DNA of 64,000 nt from positions 144,462,001-144,526,000 of the forward strand of contig CM059431.1 of the NCBI GenBank assembly GCA_030390025.1. The letters run 5' to 3'. The notes under the pieces are model-generated. The model searched no databases. It saw only the letters and a program-made list of their open reading frames with translations, and was not told where the DNA came from. Each line of letters begins with the position of its first letter. The first letter of the stretch is position 1. Source of the stretch: Squalus acanthias. Lineage: Eukaryota. Position numbers and translations under genes: made by a program. This document shows, one piece after another, positions 11,575 through 24,980 of the stretch.

Positions 11575-14500
11575 TTAAGAACATAACAATATAAGAAATA
11601 GGAGTAAAATAAGGCCACTCGGCCCTTCGAGCCTACTCCGCCATTCAATAAGATCATGTCTGATCTTCTACGTCATCTGCACCTTCCTGCAATATTCCCA
11701 TATCCCTTAATTCCATTCATATTCAAATTCAATCAATCTCTGTCTTGAATATACTCAACGATTGAGAGTCCACAGCCCTCTCTGTGTTACAGAATTCCAA
11801 AGATTCAGCAGCCACTGAGTGAAGAAATGTCTCCTCATCTCAGTCCTAAATTGCTGACCCCTTATTCTGAGACTGTGATGTCTGATTATGGACTCCCCAA
11901 CCAGGGCAAACATCCTCTCTGCATCTACCCTGTCAAGTCATGTACGAACTTTGTATGTTTCAATGAGGTCACCTCTCATTCTTTTAAACACTAGAGAATA
12001 TAGGCCTTGTTTATTCAATCTCTCTCAATAGGACAACCCCCCATCCCAGGAACCAGTCTGCTGAATCTTCGTTGCACTCCCTCTATAGCAAGCATATCCT
12101 TCCTTAGGTAATGAGACCAAACTGTACACAATACTCCAGGTGTGGTCTCAGCAGGGCCCTATATAATTGCAGTAAGACGTCTTTAATCTTATACTCAAAT
12201 CCTCTTGTAATAAAGTTCAACATGCCATTTGCTTTCCTAATTGCTTGCTGCACCTGCATGTTAACTTTCAGTGATTCGTGTACAAGGACACCCAGGTCCC
12301 TCTGAACACCAACATTTCCCAATCTCTGATCATTTAAAAATAATCTGTTTTTCTAGATTTCCTACCAAAGTGGATAACTTCACATTTCTCCACATTTTAA
12401 GACATTTGCCATGTTCTTGCCCACTCACTTAGCCTGTCAATACCCCCTTGTAGCCTCCTTCTATACTCCTCACAATTTACATTCCCACCCAACTTTGTAT
12501 CATCAGCAAACTTGGATATATTACATTTGGTCCCCTCATCCAAATCATTGATGTAGTTACTGAATAGCTGAGGCCCAAGCACTGAACCTTGCGGTACCCC
12601 AGTAGATACAGCCTGCCAACCCGAAAATGAACCGGTTATTCCTACTCTCTGTTTCTGTCCGTTAACCAATCCTTACCCCCAATCCCATGAGGCCTAATTT
12701 TGATTAATAACCTCTTGTGTAGCGCCTTATCGAATGCCTTCTGAAAATCCAAATACACCACATTCCCTGGTTCCCCCTTATGTATTCTGCTAGTTACAAC
12801 ATGAAAAATTTCTAACAGATTTGTCAAACACGATTTCCCTTTCATAAATCCGGGTTGACTCTGCCCAAGCCTATTATTATTTTCTAAGAGCCCTGTTACC
12901 ACGTACTTAATAATAGATTCTAGCATTTTCCCTGCTACTGATGTCAGCTAACGGGTCTGTAGTTCACCGTTTTCTCTCCCCCTCCTTTCTTCAATAGTGG
13001 GGATACATTTGCTACCTTCAAATCCACGGGAACCGTTCCAGAATCTATGAATTTTAGAATTTTAGAGCCATAGAGTCATACAACACAGAAAGAGGCACTT
13101 CAGCCCATCGTCTCTGCGCCGGCCATCAAACCCGATCTATTCTCATCCCATTTACCAGCACTTGGTCCGTAGCCTTGTATGCTATGGCGTTTCAAGTGCT
13201 CATCTAAATTCTTCTTGAATGTTATGAGGGTTCCTGCCTCTACCACCCTTTCAGGAAGTGAGTTCCAGATTCCAACCACCCTCTGGGTGAAAAAGTTTTT
13301 CCTCAAATCCCCTCTAATCCTCCTGCCTCTTACCTTGAAACTATGTCCCCTGGCTATTCACCCCACTTCTAAGAGGAAAAGTTCCTTTCTATCTACCCTA
13401 TCTATGCCCCTCATAATTTTGTACACCTCAATCAGGTCCCCCTCAGCCTTCTCTGCTTTAAGGAAAACAACCCCAGCCTGTCCAGTCTCTCTTCATAGCA
13501 GAAGCACGCCGGCCCAGGTAACATCCTGGTGAATCTCCTCCGTAACCTCTCCAAAGCAATCACATCCTTCCTATAGTGTGGCGACCAGAAATGCACACAG
13601 TATTCCAGCTGTGGCCTAACTAGCATTTTGTACAGCTCCATCATAAGCTCCCTGCTATTATATTCTATGCCTCGACTAATGAAGGCAAGTGTCCCATATG
13701 CCTTCTTAACCACCTTATCTACCTGTCCTGCTGCAAACAGGGATCTATGTACATGCTCACCAAGGTCCCTCTGATCCTCTGTCCTTCCGAGGGTCCTACC
13801 GTTCATTGTGTATTCCCTTGCATTGTTAGTCCTCACAAAATGCATCACCTCACACTTTTCAGGGTTAAATTCGATGTGCCACTGTTCTGCCCATCTGACC
13901 AACCCATCTATATCGTCCTCTAGCCTGAGGCTTACTTCCTCGCTATTTACCACTCCACCAATTTTCGTGTCATCTGCGAACTTACTGATCATATCTCCTA
14001 CATTCATATCTAAATCATTAATGTACACTACAAACAGCAAGGGACCCAGCACCGATCCCTGCAGTACACCACTGGACACCAGTCATCCAGTCACAAAGAC
14101 AACCTTCGTCCGTCACCCTCTGCATCCTGCCACTAAGCCAATTTTGGATCCAATGTGGCAAATTGCCCTGGATCCCATGGGCTCTTACCTTGTTGACCAG
14201 TCTCCCATGCGGGACTTTGCAACCGCCTTACTGAAGTCCATGTAGACTACATCAACTGCACTACCCTCATCCACACACTTAGTCACACCCTCGAAAAATT
14301 CAATCAAATTGGTTAGACATGACCTCCCCCCTGACAAAGCCATGCTGACTATCCTTGATTAATCCTTGCCTCTCCAAGTGGAGACTATTTCTGCCCCTCA
14401 GAATGTTTTCCAATAATTTCCCTACCATTGATGTTAGGCTCACTGGCCTGTAATTACCTGGTATATCCCTACTACCCTTCTTGAATAATGGTAATACGTT

Positions 14501-17500
14501 AGCTGTCCTCCAGTCCTCTGGCTCCTCCCTTTTGTCCAGAGAGGTTCTGAAAATTTGTGTCAGAGTCCCTGCAATCTCCTCCATTGCCTCAAATTGCAGC
14601 CTGGGATACTTCTCGTCTGGGCCTGGGGATTTGTCCAATTTTGATCCCGCTAAAACCGCTAGTACCTCCTCCCTCACAAAGCTAATTTGTTCAAGTATAT
14701 CACAATCCGCCTGCCTGATTTCTATGCCTACATTGTCCTTCTCCATAGTGAACACAGATGCAAAATGTTCATTTAAAACCTCACCTACATCTTTTGGCTC
14801 TACACACAGATTGCCATTTTGGTCCCTAATGGGCACTACTCTTTCCTTGTTTATGCTCTTGCCTTTAATATACTGATAAAACACCTTTGGATTTTCCTTT
14901 ACTTTGCCTGCCAGTGTTTTTTCATGCCCCCTCTTCGCTCTCCTAATTTCTTTTTTAAGTACCCCGCTGCACTTTTTATACTCCTCTATGGCTTCCAATG
15001 TATTTAGTCCTTTGTATCTGCCAAAAGCATCCTTTCTTTTCCTAATCCATTTTTGTATATCCCTTGAAATCCATTTTGGAAAAGGACAACCACTATCTTT
15101 ATAGCCACCTCTGTCGAAACCCTAGCATGCAGGCTATCAGGTCCAGGGGATTTATGGGGTTTCAGTCCCATTAATTTCTGGAGTAATTTTTTTTTGCTCA
15201 AACTAATTTCTTTCAGTTTCTCATTCTCACGAGATCCTTGGTTCTACACTATTTACGGGAAGTTTTTTGCGTCTTCTTCCATGAAGACAGACACAATATA
15301 TTTGTTTAATTTCTCTGCCATTTCCTTATTCCCCATTATAACTTCTCCCGTCTCAGCCTGTAAGGGACCCACATTTACTTTCGCTAATCTTTTCCTTTTT
15401 ACATACGTATAGAAGCTTTTACAGTTTGTTTTAATGTATCTCACTAGTTTACTCTCATATTCTATTTTCCATTTCTTTTCCGAATTCTGCATCCTCCTTT
15501 GCTGAGTTCTAAAATCCTCCCAATCCTCAGGCTTACTACTCCTTTTGGCAAAATTATAAGGCTATTCCTTTGATCTAATACGAGCTTTAACTTCTCTTGT
15601 TAGGCAAGGTTGGACCACTTTTCCTGTGGTGTTTTTGTGCCTTAAAGGAATGTATATTTGTTGTAAGTTATGTATTAATTATTTAGATGCTAGCCATTGC
15701 TTATCTATCATCATACCTTTTAATGTTGTTTCCCAATCTACCTTAGACGATTCGCCCCTCATACCTGTTTCGTTTAGATTTAAGAACCTAGTTTCGGATT
15801 GAACTCAATCGCTTTCAAGCTCAATATAAAATTCTAGCTTCTTATGGTCACTATTTCCTAAAGGCCCCTTTGCTAAAAGATTGTTAATTGACCCTTTCTC
15901 ATTGCACAACACTAGATCGAAAATAGCCTGTTCACTAATTGGTTTCTCCACATACTGATCTAGAAAACTATCTTGCATACATTCCATGAAATCGTCCTCC
16001 ACACTATTACTGCAAATTTGGTTTGCCCAGTCTATATGTAGATTAATTCCCCCATGATCACTGTATTACCATTTTACATGCGCCTCTAATTTCCTGATTT
16101 ATACACTGCCCTACATTTCAAAAACTGTTTGGGGGCCTATGAACAACTCCCACCAATTTTTCCTGCCCCTTGATGTTTCGTCGTTACATCCAAACTGATT
16201 ATACTACTTGATTTTCGGAGCTAAGATCCTTTCTCTCCGCTGTCTTTATCATATCCTTTATTATCAGGGCTACCCCTCCTCCTTTTAAATTTCGCCTATC
16301 TTTTCTAAAAGTTAAGTATCCTGGAATATTTAGTTCCCAAGCTTGGCTACTTTGGAAACATATCTCCGTTATGCCTATAAGATCAAACCTGTTAATTTCT
16401 ATCTGCACTATTAATTCATCTATTTTGTTGGGAGTGCTTTGTGCAGTCAGATATAATACCTTTAGCTTTGACTTATTTCTATTTTCCCCTGATGTAACCT
16501 TAGTCACTGATGCCTTATTACCTTTGTTAGTCTCTCTGTCCCCTCCTGACCCACTCTAGTTATTTTTACCTAAAACTCTACTCTGCTCTAGAACCTTGAC
16601 ATTTCTCTCGTTGATTTAAAATGTACTCTGAATCCTCCCCCCTCCCCCCAACTTCATTTGTTTAAAGCCCTGTCTATTGCCCTAATTCATTGGTTCGCCA
16701 AGACACTGGTCCCAGCCCGGTTTAAGTGGAGCTCGTCCCAGTGGACACAGTTCCCTCTTTCCCCAGTACTGGTGCCAGTGCCCCATGAACTGAAACCCCT
16801 TCCTCCCACACCACTCTTTGAGCCACGCATTTAAATCTATAATCTGTTTGTCCCTATGCCAATTTGCGTGTGGCTCAGGTAACAATGCAGAGATCATTAC
16901 CTTTGAGGTTGTGCTTTTTAAATTGGATCGTAGCTCCTCAAACTCCCTCACCTGAACCTCATCCGTAGTTATAACTACTTTGTTGGTTCTCAGGTGGACC
17001 ACGATGTCAGGTTCCTCCCCCTCCCACTGCAAGTTCTTATCCAGCCACCAGGAGATGTGTTTTAATCTGGCAAGGGGGAGGCAACACAATCTATGGAACT
17101 ATATGTCGCGGCTCCAGAGAACAGTATCTATCACCCTGACTATACTGTCACTTACCACAACTACATTACCTTTCATTCCCCTCACTTGAATGACCTCCTG
17201 CATCATGGTGCCGTTGTCAGCCTGCTCATCCATCCTGCAGGCTTTTCCCTAAACCACACAGGCAGCAAGAATCTCATACCTGTTGAACAAGGGCAGAGGA
17301 TGAGGCTCCTCCAGCACTGCACCTGTGGTCCCCTTACCTGCCTGAGTTGCAGTTACACCCTTCTGTCCCTGACCACTAACCAGACCTGTAAGACTAAGGA
17401 TCAAAGTGTCCAGGTAACTCTCCCCCTTCCTGATGCCCCGCATTGTCTGAACCTCAAAATCCAGCTCAAAACTCTGAGCTGAAGTTCCTCAAGATGCAAG

Positions 17501-18250
17501 CACTTACTGCACACCTGGTTGTCCGGGATCACAATTCTCTCCACAAACTCCCACGTGCTGCAATTGCGGCACACCACCTGAACAGACATCCCTATATGAC
17601 CTTGTTTTAATTAATTAATTGTAATTAAATTTGTATTTAGTTAACTTAGTTTACAGTGTAGTTTCTTGACTACTTACTTGATCTAGATTAAGTTAAGGGT
17701 ATTGAAATTAAATATCTACCTGTAACATAAATCACTCCAATTAGTATAGGCAAAAAGCATCAACTCCATCCCTCTCTTCTCCGAATTCCCACGTTTTCCA
17801 AATTCCCCAAAAAACACACTGTTCAAGTCCACACCGTTTAATCCCGCTCTGTGCAGACCGCTCTGTGCTCTGCAGAAATGTTTATTTTTATACTCAAGGA
17901 GCCTCACCCAATTTACAAGTGCTGACTCAGCTCCCCTGCTCCTGGTGATTAGCGCCGATTCAAGACAAACACTTACAGCTGACTGACAGTGAACTGCCAC
18001 TGGCAGGCAGCTTCTGCAAACTACAATTTTTAAATTTCTGGCGTAAAATGAAAATCTTGAAGTAAATTTCACTTCTTACAACTTCTACTAACGTAATACT
18101 TAACAGAAATTCCCACTTTCACCAAATTCCCAAATAAAGCACTCTGTTCAAGTCCACTCCGTTTAATCCCGATCTGTGAAGATAGCGCTTTGCTTCTAAT
18201 TAGGGATTTTCTCTTCTCCGTGACCAATTTCTCGCCAGTCTTTTGAACCA
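11575..18250 (-). mobile_element. Degenerate near-full-length CR1 LINE (5'UTR, ORF1 zinc finger and SGNH esterase, ORF2 APE and RT), split by a nested CR1
   Basis: ORF1: MSVQVVCRNC...VCSKCLHLEELQLRV (17589-17401) and PDIVVHLRTN...LNAWLKEWCGRKGFQFMGHW (17089-16682). APE at 16507-15805; [12 protein letters not shown]...[10 protein letters not shown] at 12669-12397; tail taagaacataac. Confidence 0.92.
13055..15070 (-). mobile_element. 5'-truncated CR1 LINE of a second family, nested in the outer CR1
   Basis: Has its own tail (catagagtcata) at about 13070, RT 13432-14079 with FADD, and PGNYRPVSLTS at 14300-14998. The outer element resumes at about 15071. Confidence 0.92.
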
Positions 18251-18324
18251 TCGATGAATTGTGGTTTATGATATTTTCCTACTACTCCCTCTTTCGGTGC
18301 CCTTTCATTTCTTCAGCCTTATTG

Positions 18325-18845
18325 CATAGGATTACATGGGATATACGGCACAGAAACAGGCCATTCAGCTCAACCCGTCCATGCCGGCGTTTATGCTACA
18401 CTCGAGCCTCCTCCCGTCTTTCCCCATCTAACCTATCAACATAACCCTCTATTCCCTTCTCCCTCATGTATTTAATTAGCCTCCTTTAAATCGATCTACA
18501 CTATTCGCTTCAACCACTTCCTGTTGTAGCGAGTTCTACATTCTCACCACCCTCTGGGTAAAGAAGTTTCTTCTCAATTCCCTGTTGGATTTCTTGGTGA
18601 CTATCTTATATTTATGGCCTCCAGTTATGCTCTTCCCCACAAGAGGAAGCATTCTCTCTGTAACCACTCTATCAAAAGCTTTCATAATTTTAAAGACCTC
18701 TATTTGGCTACCTCTCAACATTCACTTTTCAAGAGAAAAGAGACCCAGCCTGTTCATTCTTTGCTGATATTTTTTCCCTCTCATTTCTGCTATCATACTT
18801 GAAAATCTTTTTTTAACCTTCTCCAGAGCCTCTATATCCTTTTTT
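18325..18845 (-). mobile_element. CR1 LINE 3' fragment
   Basis: LRGSQIEVFKIMKAFDRV...RRNFFTQRVVRM plus tail cataggattacatggg. Confidence 0.85.
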
Positions 18846-19159
18846 ATAATAATCGGGACAACCGAAAACGACTTAGCTAAGTTACAGTTTGGGAGCTAGA
18901 AATAGACCATCACGGAGGGGAGACGGTCAAAGAGGGAACTTGCTGTAAAGTACCACAAACAGCGATTGCGTTTAATGCAGTTTCGCCCCATCTTTGTCCT
19001 CGTGGGTTTACTTCCGATGATGCAGACCGAATCCGTACCTCAACAATGCATGCGAGTTGACATAGTGCAAGAGATACGCTTTGTCCAGAGTGGATGTAGA
19101 TGGTTACAGCAGAATAGCAAAGGGAGCAGGAAGTATAGACTATGTTCTTCTCTCACATC

Positions 19160-19302
19160 TACCAGTTCTGACAAAAAGTCATCGACCTGAACCATTAACT
19201 CTGTTTCTCTCTCCACATGTGCTGCCTGGCCTGCTGAGTATTTCCAGCATTTTCTGTTTTTATTTCAGATTTCCAGCATCCGTAGTATTTTGCTTTTGTA
19301 TT
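19160..19302 (+). mobile_element. Penelope pseudo-LTR fragment with a decayed hammerhead
   Basis: agttctgacaaaaagtcatcgacctgaaccattaactctgtttctctctccac...; same family as 2119-2729, with both core boxes mutated (CUGACAA, GAACC). Confidence 0.8.
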
Positions 19303-19454
19303 ATGACTAGTTGTCATATTGAATTCAATAAGAAATGTCAAAATGGACGGGCGCATCGCCAAAGACCCAGGCACCTCTTCAGGACTGAGTGTCTGACAAT
19401 CTCAGTCGTGCTGAAGCTCCAAAGGCATCCTCGTCAACATCTGGGGGTTCCAGC

Positions 19455-19780
19455 CCTGTATCTAGCTAAACTCTCCGTTCCTCCAATTCTGGCCTCTTGT
19501 GCATCCCCACTCCCTTTTCCCCACCATTGGCGTGCGTGCCTTCACTGCCAAGGCCCTAAGCTCTGAAATCCCCCCCCCCCCCCCCCACGCTAAGCCTCCC
19601 CACCTCTCTCTGTCTCTTCTCCTTTAAGGCTCTCCTTAAAACCCAATGATTGCTTGATTAGTGTTTCTAATGGCTGCTTCTTTCTCTCGGTGTCATTTCT
19701 GACTGATTACACCTCTGTGAACCCTATTGGGAAGTTTTTACTACGTTTAAGGCGCGATATAAATTAAAGTTGCTGCTGCT
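19455..19780 (+). mobile_element. L2-type LINE 3' end
   Basis: ctccgttcctccaattctggcctcttg...cctttaaggctctccttaaaacc...ttttactacgtttaaggcgcgatataaattaaagttgctgctg matches my recall of the shark L2 terminus. Confidence 0.7.
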
Positions 19781-20007
19781 AGAAGTTGGAAAAGCCTCAG
19801 ACGAATCGGACTGACATAATCCTACTCAGAGAGCCAACATCATAAACTCCATTCCACCGGCAGGGTAGACATACCAGAGGAACATGAATGATGGATTACA
19901 GTATGGGAGTCTCAATATTGACTCGAGACCCTTCACAAGTCCTTGTGAACACATGTGCAATTCCAGTGGTACAGTACTGAGATTCGCTGATGTCCTTATC
20001 TTTGCAG

Positions 20008-20149
20008 TGTAACGATGCACCTGACGGTCAGGAGAAGAAATGGATACAATTTTATACTTTTAAATCATCAAACTGGCCCAAAGACAGAGCTCCTCAGCAA
20101 CAGGTCCTACTACAGAGTGAGCCAATCGAAATGAATTACGCACCTTCAG
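20008..20149 (+). CDS. Candidate internal coding exon, 142 nt, phase 0 to phase 1, unknown product
   Basis: Acceptor gatgtccttatctttgcag| and donor CAG|GTGAGT. Only the phase-0 frame is open: CNDAPDGQEKKWIQFYTFKSSNWPKDRAPQQQVLLQSEPIEMNYAPS. Confidence 0.45.
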
Positions 20150-20335
20150 GTGAGTGCTCAAAGATTATGCTGAATCTTCCTCAACCAGATATTTCACGCA
20201 ATCAGAACGCTGTCATTCCACAGTACACACTGCAGGCAAGGTGCGCCAAAGGTGGAAGAGGAGGATGTGTAGATGGTGGATGGGCTCCCGATCAAGTGGA
20301 TTGCTTTGTCCTGGATAGCGTCGAGCTTCTTGCGT

Positions 20336-20527
20336 GTAGTTGTTTGTGATGATTCTCCTCCTGTAGAGGTCTGTGATGATTCTAATCCTGTAGTGGTCTG
20401 TGATGATTCTACTCCTGTAGTGGTCTGTGATGATTCTACTCCTGTAGTGGTCTGTGATGATTCTACTCCTGTAGTGGTTTGTGATGATTCTACTCCTGTA
20501 GTGGTCTGTGATGATCCTACTCCTGTA
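20336..20527. repeat. 27-bp minisatellite, 7 copies (gtagtggtctgtgatgattctactcct)
   Basis: Near-perfect tandem copies; produces the VVVCDDSTP ORF repeat. Confidence 0.95.
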
Positions 20528-20544
20528 TTTGATTCTGTGACGGT

Positions 20545-23500
20545 ATCTGGAGTGTGACATCAGCAGTGAGGCACCTATAGTGCGAAATCAAGTGTCTGAT
20601 ACCAGGATTGTTCTATCTGGAGTGTGACGTCAGCTGAATGACAATTGAAGTATGTCATCAGGAGTTTGAGAGCTGGAGTGTGATATCTGCTGTGTGACAT
20701 CAGCAGTATGGGATCTGGAATGTGACATCTGTATTGTAACATCTGGAGTGTGACAAATGTAGTGTGATACCAGGTATGTACGTTCTTGAAACTGAAATTT
20801 TGAGTATGACATCTGGAGAGTACTATCAGGAGTGTGACATCTGGAGTGTGCCACCAGGGGTCTGACAGTTGGAGTGTAAGATCTGGAGTGTGACTTCAGC
20901 ATTGTGACATCTGGAGTGTGTCATCAGGAGTGTGAGAGCTGGAGTTTGTGATAAGGAGTGTTTCATTATGAGTGTGACATCTAGAGTGTGACATCTGGAT
21001 TGCGAGATAAGAAGTGTGACGTCAGTAGTGTGACATCAGCAGTGTGACATCAGTAGTGTGACATCAGCAGTGTGACATCTGGAGTATGAAATCTGGAGTC
21101 TGACCTCTGTTGTGTGACAACTGTATTGTGACATCCAGAGTGTGGCAAATGGTGTGAGAGATCTGGAGTGTGAGATCTGGAGTGTGACATCAGCATTGTG
21201 ACATCTGGAGTGTGACATCAGGAGTCTGACAACTGAAGTGTGAAATCTGGATTTTGACTTCAGCAGTGTGACATCTGGAGTTAGTCAACAGGAGTGTGTG
21301 AGCTGGAGTGTGAGAGCTGGAGTGTGACATCTGCTGTGTGGCATCTGCAGTGTGAAACCTGGAATGAGACATCTTGTGTGCACTGGCTGGAACGTGGCAT
21401 CTGTTTTCTCACATCTGGGGTGTGACATCTGGGATGTGACAGCTGAAGTTTGAAATCTGGAGTGCAACTAAGCTGTGTGACATCTGGAGCGTGTCATCAG
21501 GAGTGTGAGAGCTGGAGTGTGCGATCTAATGTGTGACATCAGCAGTGTGAGATCTGGAATGTGACATCTTGTGTGTATCATCTGGAACGTGCCATCTGTA
21601 TTTTCACATCTGGAGTGCGACATCTGTAGTGTGACACCAGGTATGTACTTTCTGGAAGGTGACATGTTGCGTATGACATCTGGAGTGTAATATCAGGAGT
21701 ACGACATCAGGAGTGTGACATCAGGAGTTTGACATCATGAGTGTGAAAGTTGAAGTTTAATATCTGGAGTGTGACATCTGGATTGCAAGATACGAAGTAT
21801 GACATTATGAGTGTGACATCTGGAGAGTGACATCAGTAGTATGACATCAGCAGTGTGACATCTGTAGTGTGACATCAGATATGTAACTTCTGGAACGTGA
21901 CATGTTGCGTCTGTCATCAGGAGTGTGACATCAGGAGTGTGACATTTGGATAGCGAAATAAGAAGCATGACCTTATGAGTAAGACATCTGGAGAGTGACA
22001 TTAGTCTTGTGATATCAGCAGTGTGACATGTGCAGTGTGACATCTGGAGTATAACATCTGGCGTGTGACATCTGCAGTGTGACATGAGTGTGAAATCTTG
22101 AGTTTGATACCTGGAGTGTGACATCTATAGGGCTACATCATGAGTGTGACATTATGAGTGTGACATTATGAATGTGACATTGAGTGTGACATTATGAGTG
22201 TGACATTATGAGAGTGACATCAACAGTGTGACATCAGCAGTGTGACATCTGCAATGTGCCATAAGGTGTTTGACAACTGTATAGTGACATCTAGATTTTG
22301 GCATCTGGTGTGTGACATCTGGAGTGTGTCATCAGCTGTGTGAGAGCTGGAGTGTGAGATAAGAAGTGTGACATCAGGACTGTGACATCAGTTGTGTGAC
22401 ATCTGGAGTGTGACATCTAGAGTGTGGTATCTGGTGTTAGAGTAATGGAGTGTGGCTTCAGCAGTGTGACATCTGGAGCTTGTCATCAGGAGTGTGAGAG
22501 CTGGATTGTAAAATCTGCTGTGTGACATCAGTCGTGTGAGACCTGCAATGTGATATCCTGATTGTACCAGCTGGAAAGTGACATCTGTATTCTTGCATCT
22601 GGGGTGTGACATCAGGGGTATGACAGCTCCAGTCTCATATCTGGAATGTAACTTCAGCTGTGTGACATCTGAAGTGTGTTATCAGGAGTGTGAGAGCTGG
22701 AGTGTGAGATCTACTGTGTGCCATCAGCAGTGTGAGATCTGGAATGTGGCATCTTGTGTGCACCACCTGGAACGTGACATCTGTATTGTCACATCTGGAG
22801 TCTGACTGTAGTGTGACACCAGGTAGGTACCTTCTGGAATGTGACCTGTTGTGTCTGACATCAGGTGTACGACATCAGGAGTACGACCTCAGGAGTGTGA
22901 CATCAGGAGTGTGACATCATGAGTGTGGAAGTTGAAGTTTAATATCTGAAATGTGACATCTAGATTGCGAGATAGGAAGTATGACATTGAGTGTGACATC
23001 TGGAGAGTGACATCATTAGTATGACATCAGCAGTGTGACATCTGGAGTGTGACATCTGTAGTGTGACACCAGATAAGTAACTTCTGGAACGTGACAAGTT
23101 GCCTCTGACATCAGGAGTGTGACATCAGGAGTTTGATATCTGGAATGTGACACTTGGATTGCGAGATAAGAAGTATGACCTTATGAGTGCTACATCTGGA
23201 GAGTGACATCAGTCGTGTGATATCAGCAGTGTGACATGTGGTGTGTGACATCTGGAGAATCACATCTGGCATGTGACATCTGCAGTGTGACATGAGTGTG
23301 AAACCTTGAGTTTGATATCTAGAGGGCTACATCAGTGCTGTGACATCAGCAGTTTTCCATCTGGAGTGTGACATCTGGAGTGTGAAAACTGCAGTGTACC
23401 ATAAGGTGTGTGACATCTGCATTGTGACATCATGATGGTGAAATCTGGAGTTTGATATCTAGAGGGCTACATCAGTGCTGTGACATCAGCAATGTTCCAT

Positions 23501-23990
23501 CTGGAGTGACATCTGGAGAGTGACAACTGCAGTGTACCATAAGGAGTGTGACATCTGGATTGCGACATCTTAAGTGTGGCATCTGGTGTGTGAGATCTGA
23601 AGTATGACATCAGGCGTGTCGCATGTGGTTTGTGAGAGCCGGAGTGTGAGATCTGCTGTGTGACATCAGCATTATGACATCAGCATTGTGAGATCTATAA
23701 TGTGACATCTTGAGTGTACCGGCTGGAACGTGACATCAGTATTCTCACATCTGGAGTATGACATCAGTGGTCTGACAGATGGAGTGTGACATCTGGAGTG
23801 TGACACCAGGTATGTATCTTCTGGAACGTGACATGTTGCGAATGACATCTGGAGATTAAAATCACGCATGTGACATCTGGAGTATAACAACTGGAGTGTG
23901 ACAGCTGCAGCGTGCCCTAAGGATTGTGAAATCTGGATTGTGACATCCAGAATGTGGCAGCTGGAGTGTAAGAGCTGGAGTGTGATATCA
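20545..23990. repeat. 14-bp tandem satellite GGAGTGTGACATCT/CA (array 2, about 3.4 kb)
   Basis: Same monomer as array 1. It shares variant blocks such as cttctggaacgtgacatgttgcgaatgacatctggag (about 372-408 and about 23818-23854). Confidence 0.95.
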
Positions 23991-24922
23991 TGTGACAATC
24001 TGTGTGTATATATTTGGTTCCTGTTGAGCAATTCTATGGGAATCGCCATTCTTTGGTTCAAATTACAACGGAGGCAGACATATCATTGCACATCTTCCCT
24101 TCTTTGTCCCTGTGATTCTCAGATCTGATTGAGACAAAGTCATTGTAAAGGGCAAGGAGGGGGAGAAATTCCCAAAATGACTACACGTCATAATCAGTAT
24201 GATTCCAGCCCAACAGGGAAGGAAACAGGGCTGGATCAAGTTCTGGGGAATGAAATGCGGCAACTGCAGAATGTTTCTTCGGGAGCACTTCTGGGAAAGA
24301 ATTATCACAATATCATTAGGTTCAGATTAGCCATGGAATGCAAAAAACAACAATCAAAGTTGAAGACACTCATCTGGAAGAGGGCTAATTTCAGTGAGTT
24401 GAAAGTGGATCATGCCCAGGTGGATTGGAAACAAGGATTATTAGGTAATACAGTAATGGGCAATGGGTGGAGTACAAGGAGGAGATAGTTCAGGCTCAGA
24501 CTAAGGGGGGAAAGAAGGGCATCCAATGCTAGAGCTTCCTGGATGACTGAAGAAATTAAGACTAAAATGAGGCATTGGATAAATATGATGCTCTTGATAC
24601 CATAGAGATTCAAGCAGAATACAGAAAGTTTAGAGAGAAACTTTACAGGAAAATAAAAGGTGAAAATATTAGTTGGTAACATAAAAAAGAACACAAAAGT
24701 CTGTTAAATACATATGAAGATTTAAATGATCGTCAAAGGAAGGCCAAACTTCTTGTCGAGGTAGGCGGCATGGTTGAGTTATAAATAAGAATTTTCATCT
24801 GATTTCACTAAATAGGAGGATGCTGCCAATGTCACGGTAAAAGAGGAGGGGTGGAGAAATTGGATGGACGGGTCTAGTGTGTTAAGTGTCAACACACATT
24901 GTCAGCAAGACAATAACTATTG

Positions 24923-24980
24923 TGACGTCATCGACGAGGCAGTTCCGGTGCATTCCGGGAAAAATACCAGTGTGACGTCA
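24923..24980. promoter_or_regulatory. CRE-ETS-ETS-CRE promoter-like module (copy B)
   Basis: TGACGTCA at 24923-24930 and 24973-24980 with two TTCCGG between them. Confidence 0.55.

Larger units (their letters stand above)
1366..14591 (+). repeat. Segmental duplication, copy A (paralogous to 23991-36583)
   Basis: Colinear near-identity with copy B from tgtgacaatctgtgtgtatatatttgg to ...cctgcaatctcctcc(a/t)ttgcctca. Paired ORFs recur in the ORF track. Confidence 0.95.

Noticed and set aside
14481..14876. Long antisense ORFs over CR1 elements (also 13808-14245, 35801-36226, 63459-63914)
   Set aside because: Shadow frames on the opposite strand of CR1 ORF2.
20213..20560. ORFs with VVVCDDSTP or YRSRIITDH repeats
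   Set aside because: Produced by a 27-bp minisatellite that is open on both strands and fused to a LINE fragment.
20545..23990. TGACA (MEIS/TGIF-like) and GTGTGA (T-box-like) words in each satellite monomer
   Set aside because: Short motifs inherent to the repeat unit; nothing in the sequence supports binding or function.
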